Shown: positions 1-14,304, counted from the first letter of the stretch. The stretch: DNA of 64,000 bases from Octopus vulgaris (GCA_951406725.2 OX597822.1:94798001-94862000); one strand, 5' to 3'. Made by a program: numbers and translations. Notes: generated by a model not told the origin, from the sequence alone.

Positions 1-2311
1 CCATGTTCTGTTAAAATGTTGTTGCTTACCAATCAATAGTGTGTAGAGTATCGATGCATTTATAGTGATATTTTTTAACCTTCAGAATCTGATGCCCACA
101 AAAACTTTCTGTTCATTTCAACTTTTATGATCAATATACATATATATGTATTTATGTTTATATTCATGTGCTCTTTTCAACTAAGTTCTCTTGTTTTGGC
201 TTCTGCCAAATAACTTGTCTTTTGTCTGTTTTATTGATTTCAAGTCAGCTGAAAAACTGTTTTTTTTAGTATTGTCTTTGAGGATTTTTTTCTTCATTTT
301 TATATTTGTTATTGTTGATAATCATCATTGGTTTTTATGGAGATTAAATTTTTTTTTTTTATTCAAACTATACAGAGCACTGCATTTTATTCATTCTGTT
401 CAACTAAATATATTAAGTTTTCCCACACGTAAGGTCAAAACAATGAAAACAAACAACTTATCTTTCAACCAATTTGCCTTCATCCAAGATTGCTTTCGAA
501 GTAGATATTTTTCATAACTTTCCTTTTAAGTGTCATTTTATTATTATTTAGGAATAAATCTTGACTTCATACTAAACCATGACTATTATCCAGGGGTTTA
601 AAGTTTGTTTGGACAGGTTTTATTTTTACCTTAGTGTATGTAATGACTCGACATATATAGGCAACAATATCATGTGTGTATGTTTATTGTGTTTGCGTGT
701 AGGACTGAGAATAAGTATGTGTGTATGTAAATATTTATCTGCAAAAATATGTATTACTAGCCTGACATTTGTTGGCAACTATATTGTGTAAATGTATGCA
801 TATGTAAATACGTACACTTATATAAAGAAGTAAGCCTTAATTTGAAATAAAATATATTATAGAGCAAAGATATATAAATATTTATAGCATTTCATATTCT
901 CTATAAATCAATAGTTTTTCTTTTTCACAATGGTCATCTATTTTTGGTAATACTCATCTCTTTGTTTAAATAAGAAAACATGCAAAAAAAAAAAAAGAAC
1001 CCAATGAAATAAAATAATCTCTCCGAAAATAAATTAAATGGAGATCCTGTAGTTGTGAATGTTGTTAATGAGAATGCAGTCTTGCCTCTGGTTAGGTAGA
1101 TTTTAAATTTTAATGTTGAAATTGTTTGTAAATCAACCCTCAGAGTTCTAGGATACCATTCACTTTTCATAGGCGATATCTTGTTGAAGTTTCATGTTCA
1201 CATAAATAAATTTTATTCGAAACGTTAAGTGTTAACAAATGTAATGTTTTCACATATTCAGCCTCCCATCTGTGAGGAGAGAATGCTCACAATTGTTATG
1301 CTTATGAAGGGAAATTATCCATGACACAAGTTCAACTTAATTTGTTCCGTTTATTTTTTATTTGTTTTTGTTTGTTTTGATTTTGTGAAATCTTTCCTTG
1401 TGTAATTTTTGCCGAGATTTTTTTTTTTTTTTAATAAACACCATAACACTTTTCCCTTGACGATGTTTAACATAAATAAATAGTTCTATCTATAATCAAG
1501 CTCTGGCTTCTTTCTACACAGTCAGTTCTGTTTTTTGCCATTTGCTGTTGTCCCTAAAGTAGCAACAACTTTCTACTGGAATTACACCTTATTTGGTTTC
1601 ACTTTGTAAAGTGAAACCATTTATTCTGAAGATGAAAACCAAAACAAAACAAACAAAAAAAAAAAAACTAAAGAAAACATACTGTTTGTTGGGAAAAAAT
1701 AAAAAATAAAAAAATTCCCATAGTTTGCTTCGTTAGTAATGTTTTAAATATTGATGGCTTTAGGCTTAAGGCTTCATCTTTAAAACACCTGTAAAACTTG
1801 ATTTACAAATTAACTTATTTTCCATTCATCTTTGATATTAATTAAAATTTGATGAACTAAAATCAAAAGGAAAAGATTAATTATCTAAGTCTGCTGAAAC
1901 TTTTTTTTTTTAATTACTGATAATTCTCTTCAATGTTATATCAAAAACCAAAGTTATAATATCCAATGCATTTAATTTTTTTTTCTTTTTTAATTTTATG
2001 CCTAATTTATTTTTTAATATTTTTTTTACACATGAATGCAAAAAAAAAATTTTTTTTTTTTTTAATAAACTGCGTCTGTTTAAAGAAACAGGCATTTGTT
2101 TCTTCTTAGCTCCTTTTGCTGCCTTTGTTGTTGTTGTGTTTTAGACAAGCTTACGAGAGCACTTCTTCACACAACACATCATGCTGCACGCACTAACTGC
2201 AGAAGACTAAGCATGTACATATAAGAAAAATAAACATTTCTAAAGCAATAACTTGCTTTTACTATCAGTATTTGACACCAAATTGGTTGCTCAGAAGTAT
2301 GCCTTTTACTA

Positions 2312-2313
<2 letters not shown>

Positions 2314-2360
<47 letters not shown>

Positions 2361-2650
2361 CGTGTGTGTATATATACTCGTACATATATATATACTCATA
2401 CATACATATGTATACTCATACATACATATGTATACTCATACATACATATGTATACTCATACATACATATGTATGTATGTATGTATGTATATATATATATA
2501 TATATATATACTCATACATACATATATATATGTGTATATATATATACTCATACATATATATATATGTGTATATATATATATACTCATACATACATATATA
2601 TATACTCATACATATATATATATATATATACTCATACATATATATATATG
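2314..2650. repeat. Compound TA/TG microsatellite with 20-bp TATACTCATACATACATATG units
   Basis: Seen directly. Confidence 0.95.
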
Positions 2651-2969
2651 TTATATAATTTGCTAAGACTGTTTCTGCTATTTTCTACTATGCAGCTGAC
2701 TAGAAACATTTTATCCCATAATAGTCATATTTTTTTTCTGCTGGCTTTTTTTGACATCACTGTCTCTTTTCTAAAACTTTATCTTTAACTGTAGAAAGGG
2801 ATAAATAAAAGAAATGTTCTTTTGTTAATTTGTTGTTGTTTTCTCTTTGTTTATTATGCGGACACTAAATGATGATGATTCAGGAACTTTTAACAGAGTA
2901 ATAAGTTTTTTTATGGCGACTTTTCCATGCTGGTATTGATTACACAAAACTTATTGAGGCAAATTTTCA

Positions 2970-3105
2970 ACAATGAAGCCAGCATGCTCTGCCGGATGGG
3001 TAATATTAATGTGCATATATAACAGAGTGTAAATGATCTTAGAGAAAAACTAGGTATCAGATGTAGTGTTCAAGAGAGAAGACTGCGCTGCTATGGTCAC
3101 ATGAT
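2970..3105 (+). mobile_element. Degenerate RTE-like ORF fragment
   Basis: NEASMLCRMGN...LREKLGIRCSVQERRLRCYGHM resembles the RTE C-terminal RRLRWYGH motif. Confidence 0.6.
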
Positions 3106-4979
3106 GTATACGTCTGTGTGGTTGACAACTGGACATCAAATGAAACTAACCAGTATATTGGACATTTTTTTACCATCTAGAACAGCTATGGGGAATATTT
3201 TGTGAGAAGTGGGCTGCATGAGACACAGCTCAGCATCAAGTAGACCTCATGATTAAAGAAAATCCAATGTGACCTTGCATTTAAGCATGCTGTTCAGAAA
3301 GTACCTGTGGGCCACAATTTGACCATGATTGATGTAGAAAATGAATTAATTGCAACTTGAGAGTGATTTGTATAAAAAATTTGTTTTATTAAGATATGGA
3401 AGGGCATCCAGCTGTAGAAACATTGCCAGATCAGACTGGGCCTGGTGCAGCCTTCTGGCTTCCCAGACCCCAGTTGAACCGTCCAACCCATGCTAGCATG
3501 GAAAGCAGACGCTAAATGATGATGATGATGATTCTTATAATTAAAAGATTTTGCTGCACTTCAGAACAAGACACTGAATTACCAGTCTTCAGTGGAGTGT
3601 CAGTCCAGCTACTGATACCTTGTGGATTACAAGCAAAGTGAAAATAAATTCAGCATGGCCGATGCCGGCGTCATGTGCTTGAGAAGATATGTCCAGCTAA
3701 GTAAAATCATGGGCATCCTTACATACAGGTATGCCCTTTATGGCCATCCCCCTCACAAACATAATTCTGTTCTCTGACAAAACTGCCCCACAACCCATTT
3801 TCCCAACACTCCTACCTATTTCTTTACAACCCACAAGAGGCAAACACAGAGAGGACAGACAAACGGATTAAGTCGATTATATCGACCCCAGTGCGTAACT
3901 GGTACTTATTTAATCGACCCCGAAAGGATGAAAAGCAAAGTCGACCTCGGCGGAATTTGAACTCAGAACGCAAAGACAGACGAAATACGGCTACGCATTT
4001 CGCCCGGCGTGCTAACGTTTCACCCAGCTCCTACCACCCACTGTAGGCCTCTCCACTCTCCCATGTGCTTATCTGCATACTCTCCATGCCTTTACATATC
4101 TACTATACCCACCTCCCAGCTACTCCAATTCCTATCACCATCACTTACTATCTCTAAATATCATCCCTCAATGTTGTGGAACATTCCCTCTATCCCTTCT
4201 GTATGACTTGTATTCCCCCTACAACTGTTCCCTTTGGGTATGCCCTTTGTCTCTCACTCTGACTGTCTCTATCTTTCTAACTCTCTACCACCTCTCACTT
4301 TCATTGTTCTACTGGAGTAGCTAAGTATCTCTCCTGTTGTAAGACAGCTATTCCTATCCCTCTAACAAACTCTCACCTTGCACATAACTTCCCCTGGTTC
4401 CACTCCCTCTCTCAGCTGGGAGGTCCTTGTCTTGTAAATAACTTGGCAACACTGCAGGTGCTGGTGCCATGTAAGGAGTGCCTGTACTGATGCCACATAT
4501 AAAGCACCAGTGCAGTTACCATGTAAAAATCACCCGTGCTAGCACCACATAGAAAGCATCCATACTGGTACCTTGTAAAAAGCACCCATGCTGGTGCCAT
4601 GTAAACAGCTCCTGTGTTGGTACTACATGAAATGGACCCAGTACACTCTGTAAAATGGTTGGCATTAGAAAGGTCATCTAACCATGGAAACCATGCCAAA
4701 ACAGACAACAGGAGCCTGGTGCAGCTCTCTGGCTTGCCAGTTCCTGTCAAGCTATCCAAACCAATGTCAATATGGAAAACAAACGTAGGAGTGGCTGTGT
4801 GGTAAGTAGCTTGCTTACCAACCACATGGTTCCAGGTTCAGTCCCACTGCGTGGCACCTTCGGCAAGTGTCTTCTACTATAGCCTCGGGCCGCCCAAAGC
4901 CTTGTGAGTGGATTGAGTGGATTTGGCAGACGGAAACTGAATGAAGCCCGTCGTATATATGTATATATATGTGTGTGTG

Positions 4980-5012
<33 letters not shown>

Positions 5013-5993
5013 ATGTATGTGTGTGTGTGTGTGTATGTATGTGTGTGTATATGTTTGTGTGTGTTTGTCCTCCCAACATCGCTTGACAACCAATGCTGGT
5101 GTGTTTACGTCCCCGTAACTTAGCAGTTCGACGAAAGAGACTGATAGAATAAGTACTAGGCTTACAAAGAATAAGTCCTGGGGTCGATTTGCTCGACTAA
5201 AGGTGGTGCTCCAGCATGGCCACAGTCAAATGACTGAAACAAGTAAAAGAGTAAGAGCATTAAAAGATGATGATGGATGCTCTTCCTATCACCAACCCAT
5301 ATCTGTTTTCCAAGTAAGGTATTTTCATTCTACTGGTCCTCATGTATTAAAAAGTAACAAAGCTGCTGAAACTACTGGAATTACTGCTTTCCAAAGAACG
5401 AGGACATGTGCAGTTGGTATTCACATGCACATGTACGTACACACACACACACACACACTGGGTTTCTTTTTAGTTTCCATTTTTCAATTCTACTCACAAG
5501 GTATTGGTCAACTTGAGGCTGTATGATCAAAGACACTTTCCAAATGGTCCCCACATTGAAACCGAATCCAGAACTATTTGGTTCTGTGAAGAACTTTATA
5601 ACTATATAACCATGCCTACTTTGATAATAAATAATAAGGTGGTGAGCTGGCAGAAACATTAGTATGCCAGGCAAAATGCTTAGCGGTATTTCATGTCTTT
5701 ACATCCTGAGTTCAAATTCTGCCAAGGTTGACTTTGCCCTTCATCCTTTTGGAGTTGATAAATTAAGTACCTGTTGTGTACTGGAGTTGATCTAATTGAC
5801 TGGCCCCCACCCCAAAAATTCCAGGCCTTGTGCCTAGAGTAGAAAAGAATAATAAATAATGAATTTAAATTTAGCACTAAATTCAAATAATGCCCTTTTG
5901 CTAAAAAGTAAGTTATTTCCATTTCATAATTAATCACTCTGCAAGGATAGATTTTTGTTTTGTTATTATTTTTTTTTTTTTACAGATAGAATT

Positions 5994-5999
5994 TTTATT
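5994..5999 (-). terminator. Candidate MRPL20 polyadenylation signal AATAAA
   Basis: TTTATT on the + strand about 50 nt after the stop codon. The region is AT-rich, so the match is weak evidence alone. Confidence 0.5.
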
Positions 6000-6049
6000 G
6001 AAAAGAATATCTAAAAAACAACAAAAAAGTATTTAAAAAATTGTCTCTA

Positions 6050-6151
6050 TCACAGCATTGTACGCAAAATAATGCCAGGAGGTGGACCATCAAGGCCTGT
6101 TGGTGTGAATCCCATTTCTTTATGATGTTGTTTTGCTAATTCAGTTAAACT
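6050..6151 (-). CDS. MRPL20: MRPL20 last coding exon (SLTELAKQHHKEMGFTPTGLDGPPPGIILRTML*)
   Basis: T-rich TTTCAG acceptor, continues in frame (TFK|SL..LA), ends TGA TAG. Total 147 aa; PxGI near the C-terminus as in other MRPL20 proteins. Confidence 0.9.
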   Translation of the reverse strand, partial: SLTELAKQHHKEMGFTPTGLDGPPPGIILRTML

Positions 6152-7247
6152 CTGAAAAAAAGAAAAAAGATGGAACTTATCAAAATCATCTCAAATCAAA
6201 TCAATACATTAGTGATTGATAACATTGTGTAACACGAATTTTGTCCTTGGGTAGCAACTGTTATTTCCTATTTGCTTACCCTTAGAAAGTATGAAAAATG
6301 GCTAATATTTCCTTTAAACTTTGCTTTTGTTACATTTATTCAAACCTCAAAGAATCCCTTCCCACATGTGGCTATGATGCTCCCCAAAAGAAACAAGCAT
6401 ATAAAAAGAAAATTTATACATAAACTTGATTGGTTTGCGTTTTAGCGACTGCCAAGTAGTGTGCTTAATCTGTTCACTGAACATTGCCGCGAATTACCCC
6501 TTGTTTTTCAAAAATACCCACTAAATCACAAAATAAGTGAGGGAAATGTGCCCTATTTTTCAGATCCTGGCAGCAACACTGAAGCTGGAAGCAGGATAAT
6601 AATCAAATTCTACACTTTATCACATTCAAGAATATAAACACATTTTTAAGCACAACACACATGGAGTCAAAAAGAAACACTACCTTTCACCAGTACTGAG
6701 TGAATGACAGTGCTGTCTCTCCCTAGTGTGAAGCTTCCTATCTCAGATATGTGAGCATGTGCACAACAGTCAAGCACTGCACTGCTGGAACTGTGAAGCG
6801 CACAGTTCTATACTAGGGGATGGCTACTGACATTAAGCTTAAGGGAGATATAATGCACAAGTATAAAGAAAGAATTAAAGAAAAAAGAACTCATTATATT
6901 GAATGTTATCGATAATATCGAGTGGAAATAGGGGGTGCTGCAGTTCCGCAGTTCCTATACAAGAGCCGCCACTGCTCCATAATCATGCTGTCTCCTCCCT
7001 CTGCCTTATCTTCCACTACTATGACAGTCTCAGCTTTTCAGTGTTAGCTTGGCTCATACCCACCTCCATTCAGGCATTCCCATTCTCTCATGACCCCAAT
7101 CCCCCAGGCTTCAAACAAAATGTGATGCCCAGTCCTTCCGTTCCAGAACATTGGTCCTTTGCAATATCCTACATGATGACACCTTTCCAGCAAGAGTTGA
7201 TTTACAAAATTTCAAGGGAAGCATAAATATATATAGATGCACATATA

Positions 7248-7296
<49 letters not shown>

Positions 7297-7665
7297 CTGT
7301 GTATATATATACATATATTGGCCTGCTCGCTTAGCCAGCGGGGTGGAGTCATTCGAAGGCTAAAACAATGCTATGCATTGTGACCAGCGATGTGTAACAA
7401 CATCTGATGGTCTGGTCCTTATATTTGCATGCATGTTTCCAAGTTGCTAGTTCTAGCTGGTGGGGATGCTTGCCTCCCCTTTGCAAATATAAGAACACAG
7501 CAAATGTGTCAAAGCCGACAGGAAGTGTCGATGCTTACTAGGGCTATATAGCGGTGGTGTAATTCCCTTTACGGGACTGTCACATTATGTTGACATTATA
7601 CAACCACTCTATCGCTCCACCACTGCACATGTCTCGTTGAGACATTTAGAAATTCAATATTTCTA

Positions 7666-7921
7666 ATATATATATATACACACACACACATATATATATG
7701 TATATATATACACACACACATATATATATGTATATATATACACACACACATATATATGTATATATATACACACACACATATATATATGTATATATATACA
7801 CACACACACACACACACATATATGTATATATACACACACACACACACATATATGTATATATATACACACACACACACACATATATATGTATATATATACA
7901 CACACATATATGTATATATAT

Positions 7922-7966
<45 letters not shown>

Positions 7967-8008
7967 TATATATATGTAAACACACACACATATATACATA
8001 TGTGTGTG
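7666..8008. repeat. Compound (TA)n/(CA)n higher-order microsatellite
   Basis: Seen directly. Confidence 0.95.
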
Positions 8009-8390
8009 TTTCTCCTAATCATTTGAACAATGAACAGCTCAATAACTAGACATAATCACATGGAAAATTGTAAGCAAATGTCACTGGATAAATTGTGAAG
8101 CCAAAAATAACACATACATACACACACATATTTATGCATATGTTCGTATATATATATATATGTATATATATATACAACCCACAGCTATAGAAGACACTGA
8201 CCAACACTGTCTATGCAAACCTTAACCCTTTAGCATTCAGATTACTCTGTCAAATGGAATGCTTATTGATCTACATTGTTTAGAATTAACCATGTATTAT
8301 CTTGTAGCTTCAAATTTCTGATGACATGTAGTTTATTTTTAGAATGGCATTATAATGGGGGAAGGTATTTGAAAGGCCAGATCTGGTCAG

Positions 8391-8790
8391 TCATCATCAT
8401 CATCATCATTTAGCGTCCGCTTTCCATACTAACATAGGTTGGACGGTTTAACTGGGGTCTGGGAAGCCAGAAGGCTGCACCAGGCCCAGTCTGATCTGGC
8501 AATGTTTCTACGGCTGGATGCCCTTCCTAACGCCAACCACTCCATGAGTGTAGTGGGTGCTTTTTACGTGTCACCGGCACAGGTGCCAGACGAGGCTGGC
8601 AAACAGCCACGATCGGATGGTGCTTTTTACGTGCCACCGGCACAGGGGCCAGGCGACGCTGGCAAACGGCCACGATCGGATAGTGCTTTTTACGTGCCAC
8701 CGGCGAGGCTGGCAATGGCCACGATCGGATGGTGCTTTTTACATGCCACCGGCACAGAGGTCCATCGGGGCGGCGCTAGCAACGGCCACA
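8391..8790 (-). mobile_element. RTE-A 3' UTR repeat with internal ~60-bp tandem units and (GAT)n tail (representative copy)
   Basis: Core AAAAGCACCCACTACACTCACGGAGTGGTTGGCGTTAGGAAGGGCATCCAGC...GTTAAACGATGATGAT. Other copies near 3397, 4440, 11722, 13502, 16440, 17001, 19610, 20490, 21684, 29115 and 31547. Confidence 0.85.
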
Positions 8791-9078
8791 GGATCTTTGG
8801 ACCAGACATAGCTACTATAAATGCTAAAGTGTTAAACCATATGGTTGCAAAGTCAATTTTTTTTTTCTACATTAATAGGCCTAAGCCTAATAATGGATAA
8901 TAAAAGGTAACTTTTGTGAAAGAAATGATGAATAAAAGACACTATGCTCAGCTTTAATTTGCATTTGAAATTCCTGGTGAGCTCGCATTAATTTTTAATG
9001 GCAGTGCCCCAGCATGGCCACAGCTCGTGAGCTGAAACTAGATAAAATAAGAAAATAAGAGAAACTTGTCATAAATAC

Positions 9079-9144
9079 CTTAAACGTGCGTGGTTCATAG
9101 ATGGCAATGTCTGCTAATACTTTGCGATTTAGAGATACGTCAGC
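9079..9144 (-). CDS. MRPL20: MRPL20 coding exon 4 (ADVSLNRKVLADIAIYEPRTFK)
   Basis: CTTCAG acceptor, 66 nt, GTATTT donor. LNRKVLADxAIYEPxTF is the bL20 signature. Confidence 0.96.
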
Positions 9145-9895
9145 CTGAAGAAAAGAAATATGAGAACATTTGATTTATTCATAACAGAATAAGGAGAGAG
9201 AGACAAACAGACAGACAGAAACAGAGAGATGGACAAGATATAATAGATTGAATAAGGGAGTGATAGAGATAAGATGAAGAGGAAGATACAAGATGTAATA
9301 GATTGAATAATGGAGGGAGGGTAGAGAGAGGGAGAAGTTATAACAGATTGACTGAGAAAGAATAAAAAGAAGAGAAATAAAAAAGGTATCCATCTTCACG
9401 ATGGATTAGTGGAACTGTAAGAATGTCACAGCTGATATGTTGCAGTGTTTTCTTCCAGCTCTTTATATTCAGAGTTCAAATCCAACAGTGGCTTACTTGA
9501 GTGGTAGACTTAATCTCTTGCCCAGTCCAATACCACTGTCCAGCACCTTGGGTGCCTTTAGCAGAGTCCACTATGTAAGCACTCAGGCCAGGTTATTGGC
9601 TTAAGAATAGCTTCCTACCTCCCTTTCACTAATCTCAGAGGCCCTGTGAAGGGTCACAGATATAAGCTTCCCTCTTGACCAAAAGAGAAAAAAGGAGGAA
9701 GTCATCGTCATCATCATTTAATAAAACCCTCAATTCAGCAAGCGGTAAATATAGTTTGATGAATACAGGTATAAGAGTTATACATGAGCTACTTCGAGTT
9801 TCATGCTTTGATAGCTGAGCATGAAACTTGAAGTAACTCATGTATAACTCCTATATTCATTAAATGATAAGTGTGTGAGTGTAGACGTGTGTATG

Positions 9896-9937
<42 letters not shown>

Positions 9938-9939
9938 TA

Positions 9940-10850
9940 TATATGGCATGGGTTTGACAGTTGACCAGGGCTGGTCAGCTGAGGGGATGCACCAGACCCC
10001 AGTCTGATTTGGCATGGTTTCTATGGCTGGATGCTTTCCTAATGCCAACTGTGCCAAGTAATGGGTGCTTTTACATGCCACCAGCATGGGTGCCAGTTGC
10101 ATGACACCAGTATCTGCCACAACTATGATTTCACTTGGCTTGATGGGTCTTCATCATCATCTGAAAAAAGATTTTCTAACTAGAAAGGGTATGGCCTGAT
10201 CAGCCTGTAATGATATGCATAAGATCTGGTCATCAAATCTAAATAGAGATCTCAAACTTGAAATCTTCAAAGCCACAGTCAAACCAATTCTACTATATGG
10301 CTCAGAAACCTGGACGTTATAAAAGAAGCTTGAGAGGCGGTTGGATGAAACTTACACTCGCCTCCTTATGAAAGCTCAAAATCTCTTGTGGAAACGGCAT
10401 CCAACCAAAGTAAAAATATATGGGAAATTACCACCTGTATCATCTCTTGTGAAAGGTAGAAGAGTCCAGTTTGCCGGACATTGTTGTAGAGCTGAAAACG
10501 AGGTAATTTCTACTCTTCTCCTCTGGAAGCCATCTGCTTGCGATACCAGAGGGCACACACTCTCCTACCCTGATGTAATCTCCAGGGATACAGGCATCCA
10601 GCAACAGGATCTCCGTAATGCTACGATGGACCGTGAAGTTTGGTGTAACATAGTAAATTCCATTGTCTCGACCATGGTCGAAAAATTATGATGATGATGG
10701 GGTCTTCTTCTCAAGCACAGCATATTGCCAAAGGTCTCAGTCATTTGTCATTGCCCCCGTGAGGCCCAATGCTCAAAAGGTGCTTTTTTACATGCCACCA
10801 GCACAGGTGCTAAATATGCGACACTAGCATCAGCTACATTGCCTCCGTGA
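9940..10850 (-). mobile_element. RTE family A 3' end (ORF end plus 3' UTR), interrupted by the family B copy
   Basis: Minus strand reads LGLTGAMTND*DLWQYAVLEKKT, continuing across the insertion as ..AK*, then runs into the abundant GGCATTAGGAAAGCATCCAGC 3' UTR repeat. Confidence 0.7.
10153..10698 (+). mobile_element. RTE family B 3' fragment
   Basis: Homologous to 49631-50175, (GAT)n tail, flanked by a GGGTCTTC duplication. Confidence 0.9.
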
Positions 10851-12147
10851 GGCCCAAAAGTAGAAATGCCAATCAGTGCTGACATATGTGTGTGCACGAG
10901 ATACAGTGGGATTGTATGACAGAGAAGAACTTTATATGAGTAGTACATTTTAAGAGTACCTATAAATTTTTTTTTTTTTCATTTTAATGTTTGGCTGTCT
11001 CCCTAGAAGTAGTGAAGGAGGGTACACTGAAAACATAACAACCAGAGTAAGAACACAATGGAAAAAGTTCAAGAAGCTATATCTCTACTGGTAAGAAAGG
11101 AATTCTATCTCTGATGCTAGTGTACTGTAAAGTAAAAATAAACATACAATCGATTAGAAATGGAATCTAAGAGATGGATTCGGATGAAACTTGGGAATGT
11201 TTGGCCTCATGACTGGCACAAATTGATTAGATTTTGGGATTGATTTGGTATCTGAAAAGGATTATGGATAATTTTTCCTGTTTTTTTACTTAATTTTTTA
11301 GAGTAGTTGGGTTCATTTTTAGTATTTTTGTTTGAGAGAGCAGTTGAGTTTATTTCAGATATTCTCATTTTAAAAACCATCTCTGGCTAATTGTTAAGAG
11401 GACGTTGGTGTTGCCTTGGCGGAGGTTTGTGCTGAGTGCTCTGGTTATCATTATTATAAAGAACTAGATGGGAACCAGGGCAGAAGAGTTATAGCTGAAC
11501 GGGTAAAGACGTGTTTTTTATCAGTTCTTTTTTCTCTTTTGAGTCTGTAATGATACTGTAGTTTGAGGTGAGTGTATGAGTAAGTGGGCCTGTTTCTGCC
11601 AAAACTTTTTATAGGATTACTGTGTATAGAATTTTGTAAGAGCAGTGATTATTAAATTTTTTGTTGATATAGTCAAAAGAAGAAGACCAGGTTGGCAAAT
11701 TTTTTTTTTCTCAGCCAGTACATCACCATCATCATCACCATTTAACATCCGTTTTCTATGATGGCATGGGTTGGATCATTTGATCAGAGCTGGCAAGCAG
11801 GCGAGCTGTACCAGGTTCTAGTCTGATTTGCTTATAAGCTATTTCTGTAAAAACATAGAAGATGGCACAGAAGGTGAGATTAAGATGTGACAGAAGCACC
11901 TTAACAAAGTGAAACTAGAGGTGAAGATCCTGTATATTTCTGACTTTGCTAGATTCATACTGTTGAATTTAGAGGGTGATGTCACTCATCTCTAGAGCTG
12001 GTATCCTAGAGATGAACGACAGGGATCAATTGAATGTGGTAAAAAAACTGAAGTAAGATTTAAAGAGGTGTTCACAGAAGGAGCATTTCTGGCCTATGGG
12101 AAACAAAGAGGAGTGAGGTGGACTGGGGAGTCAACAGATGTCTAGAC

Positions 12148-12366
12148 CAGTGCTTTTCAAACTTTTTGCTGGAGCGGAACTCCAAGGAAACATTCCACTG
12201 GCTCGAGGAACCCCTGTGCAATAATTTAATAGTCTTATGCACACATATCTGCACAGGAGACTTAAAAATTACTACCGATTTTAGCAGTTTTGTAACTTCT
12301 TACGGAACCCCTGGACTGTACTGGCGGAACCCTAAGGTTCCGCGGAACCCTGGTTGAAAACCACTG
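12148..12366. mobile_element. hAT (Charlie-type) MITE
   Basis: CAGTG...CACTG TIRs, 8-bp TSD GTCTAGAC. Confidence 0.9.
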
Positions 12367-12813
12367 GTCTAGACTAATGAAATTAGGAAGATGGCAGACT
12401 TAGCAAGATTTATAATTAGTTTCATGGACTACATCTCAGCAGCCCTTCAACAGTTACCTAGCACAGACATCTGTTAGGGTATGACCATTCCATACGACAC
12501 AGGTCTTGAAACAGCTGCCATAGTGAAAGAAGGTGACAAAATGCAGGTGGTGAGGAGCCAGGGGAAGCAGTGTTTTAGGAGGCAGGAGCTACACATGGTG
12601 AAAAACTGTAGGGAACTGAAGCCAACACTAAGATTTATTGACTGTTATTTGTATAAACTACTCCAACTAAAATGGTGGATTGCAAGGTCAAACATAAGTG
12701 ATAAAAACAATCTCACATACAATATCATTTTAGCTATTTAGATATAGCAGGCAAAAAATAAACACCATAAAACAAAACTCAAATTAAATAATAAAAACAA
12801 TAATAATAATAGC

Positions 12814-12898
<85 letters not shown>

Positions 12899-12905
<7 letters not shown>

Positions 12906-13007
12906 CCATACAATAACCATCAGAGCATCACAACAAATCACAGCACATATCCAAGGCACACAGAGCTGCGCTCGGTAGTGAAGTGAAAGCACGCTAAAAT
13001 AAAACTA

Positions 13008-13038
<31 letters not shown>

Positions 13039-13160
13039 CATATGGTTGTGATGCATGTGCCTGGTGTACCCTTATCAGACAGGTAGTCATGATGGGTATA
13101 CTGGGCTTCGTATATTTTATCCCAGTGTCACTTTGATGGCATGCACTGCTCTCTCACTCA
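12899..13160 (+). mobile_element. Two LINE 3'-end fragments embedded in (TAA)n
   Basis: TLSIQ* plus UTR ending AAAATAAAACTACTG(AAT)n (again at about 15158-15200); a second family ending CTCTCTCACTC(AAT)n (again at about 13210-14005). Confidence 0.6.
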
Positions 13161-14251
13161 ATAATAATAATACTAATACAAATAATAATAATACTAATAA
13201 TAATAATACCAGGCAGTGGCTCTCATAGTTTCTTATCTTAACTGATAGGAAGTGCTAACATGTACATGTTTTGTCTTGGTGCAAAAGATGAGATACAGCA
13301 TATATTCTGCTCAAAACCTGTAGATTTGCTTATCAGTTGCTTGACTTAAACTTTGGGAGCTGACAATATGTACATCTCTGATCATGAGCAGGATAGTGGT
13401 GGAGCATCATAGCCATGTGTTGAGAGAGATTCCTCAGGGTTTGTATAATTCACCTCTAGAAATATGGGTGTGTTTCATTCATCATCCTTAAATAACCCTT
13501 AGACGAGATTGTGGCCGTTGCCAGCCTCGTCTGGCCCCCGTGCCGGTGGCACGTAAAAAGCACCATCTGATCGTGGCAGTTTGCCAGCCTTGCCTGGCAC
13601 CTATGCAGGCGGCACATAAAAAGCACCCACTACACTCACGGAGTGGTTGGCGTTAGGAAGGGCATCCAGCTGTAGAAACACTGCCAGATCAGACTAGGCC
13701 TGGTGCAGCCTACTGGCTTCCCAGACCCCAGTTGAACCGCCCAACCCATGCTAGCATGGAAAACGGACGTTAAACGATGATGATGATTCAGGGATCTTTT
13801 GAGCAGGTTGATAAAGTTCTAACTGGCCTCCATCTGTAAGGTCATGCGTTATTTATCTTGATATGGGGTCACCATGTCACACAAGTATGGTTGCGATGCA
13901 TGTGACTGGGTGTACCTTTATCAGATGGGTAGTCATGATGGGTATATTGGGCTTCGTATATTTGTACCATAGTATCACTTTGATGGTGTGTGCTGCTCTC
14001 TCACCCAATAATAATAGTAACAACAACAATAATAAAAATAATAATAATTTTCTATTATTGACACAAGGCCAGCAATATATCAACACCAGTGCTCAACTGG
14101 TACATATTTTATCACCTTGAAAGGATGAAAGGCGAAGTTGACCTCAGCAGTATTTGAACTAAAAAAGTCAAGGTGGAAGAAATGTCGCTAAGCATTTTGT
14201 CCATCATACTAATGATTCTGCCAGCTCACTACCCTAGTAATAATATTAAGA

Positions 14252-14304
<53 letters not shown>

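Noticed and set aside
1-2300. Possible 3' UTR or exon of a neighbouring gene
   Set aside because: Unique AT-rich sequence, but I found no recognisable coding exon and the ORFs are low-complexity.
2179-2788. Y/I/C/V/H/T-rich ORFs (also at 4.8-5.1, 7.6-8.0, 18.5-19.0, 48.0-48.4 and 50.1-50.6 kb)
   Set aside because: Translations of TA/TG/CA microsatellites, which lack stop codons.
5955-6013. Strong + strand splice-acceptor-like TTTTTTTTACAG
   Set aside because: Followed quickly by stops; more simply the antisense of the A-rich MRPL20 3' end.
8540-8790. CRISPR-like periodic ~60-bp repeats
   Set aside because: Tandem units without unique spacers inside a LINE 3' UTR; eukaryotic DNA with no cas genes.
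11170-11446. Helentron/HINE-like remnant ending CCTTGGCGGAGGT...GAGTGCT
   Set aside because: Only the 3' motif is suggestive; too degenerate to call.
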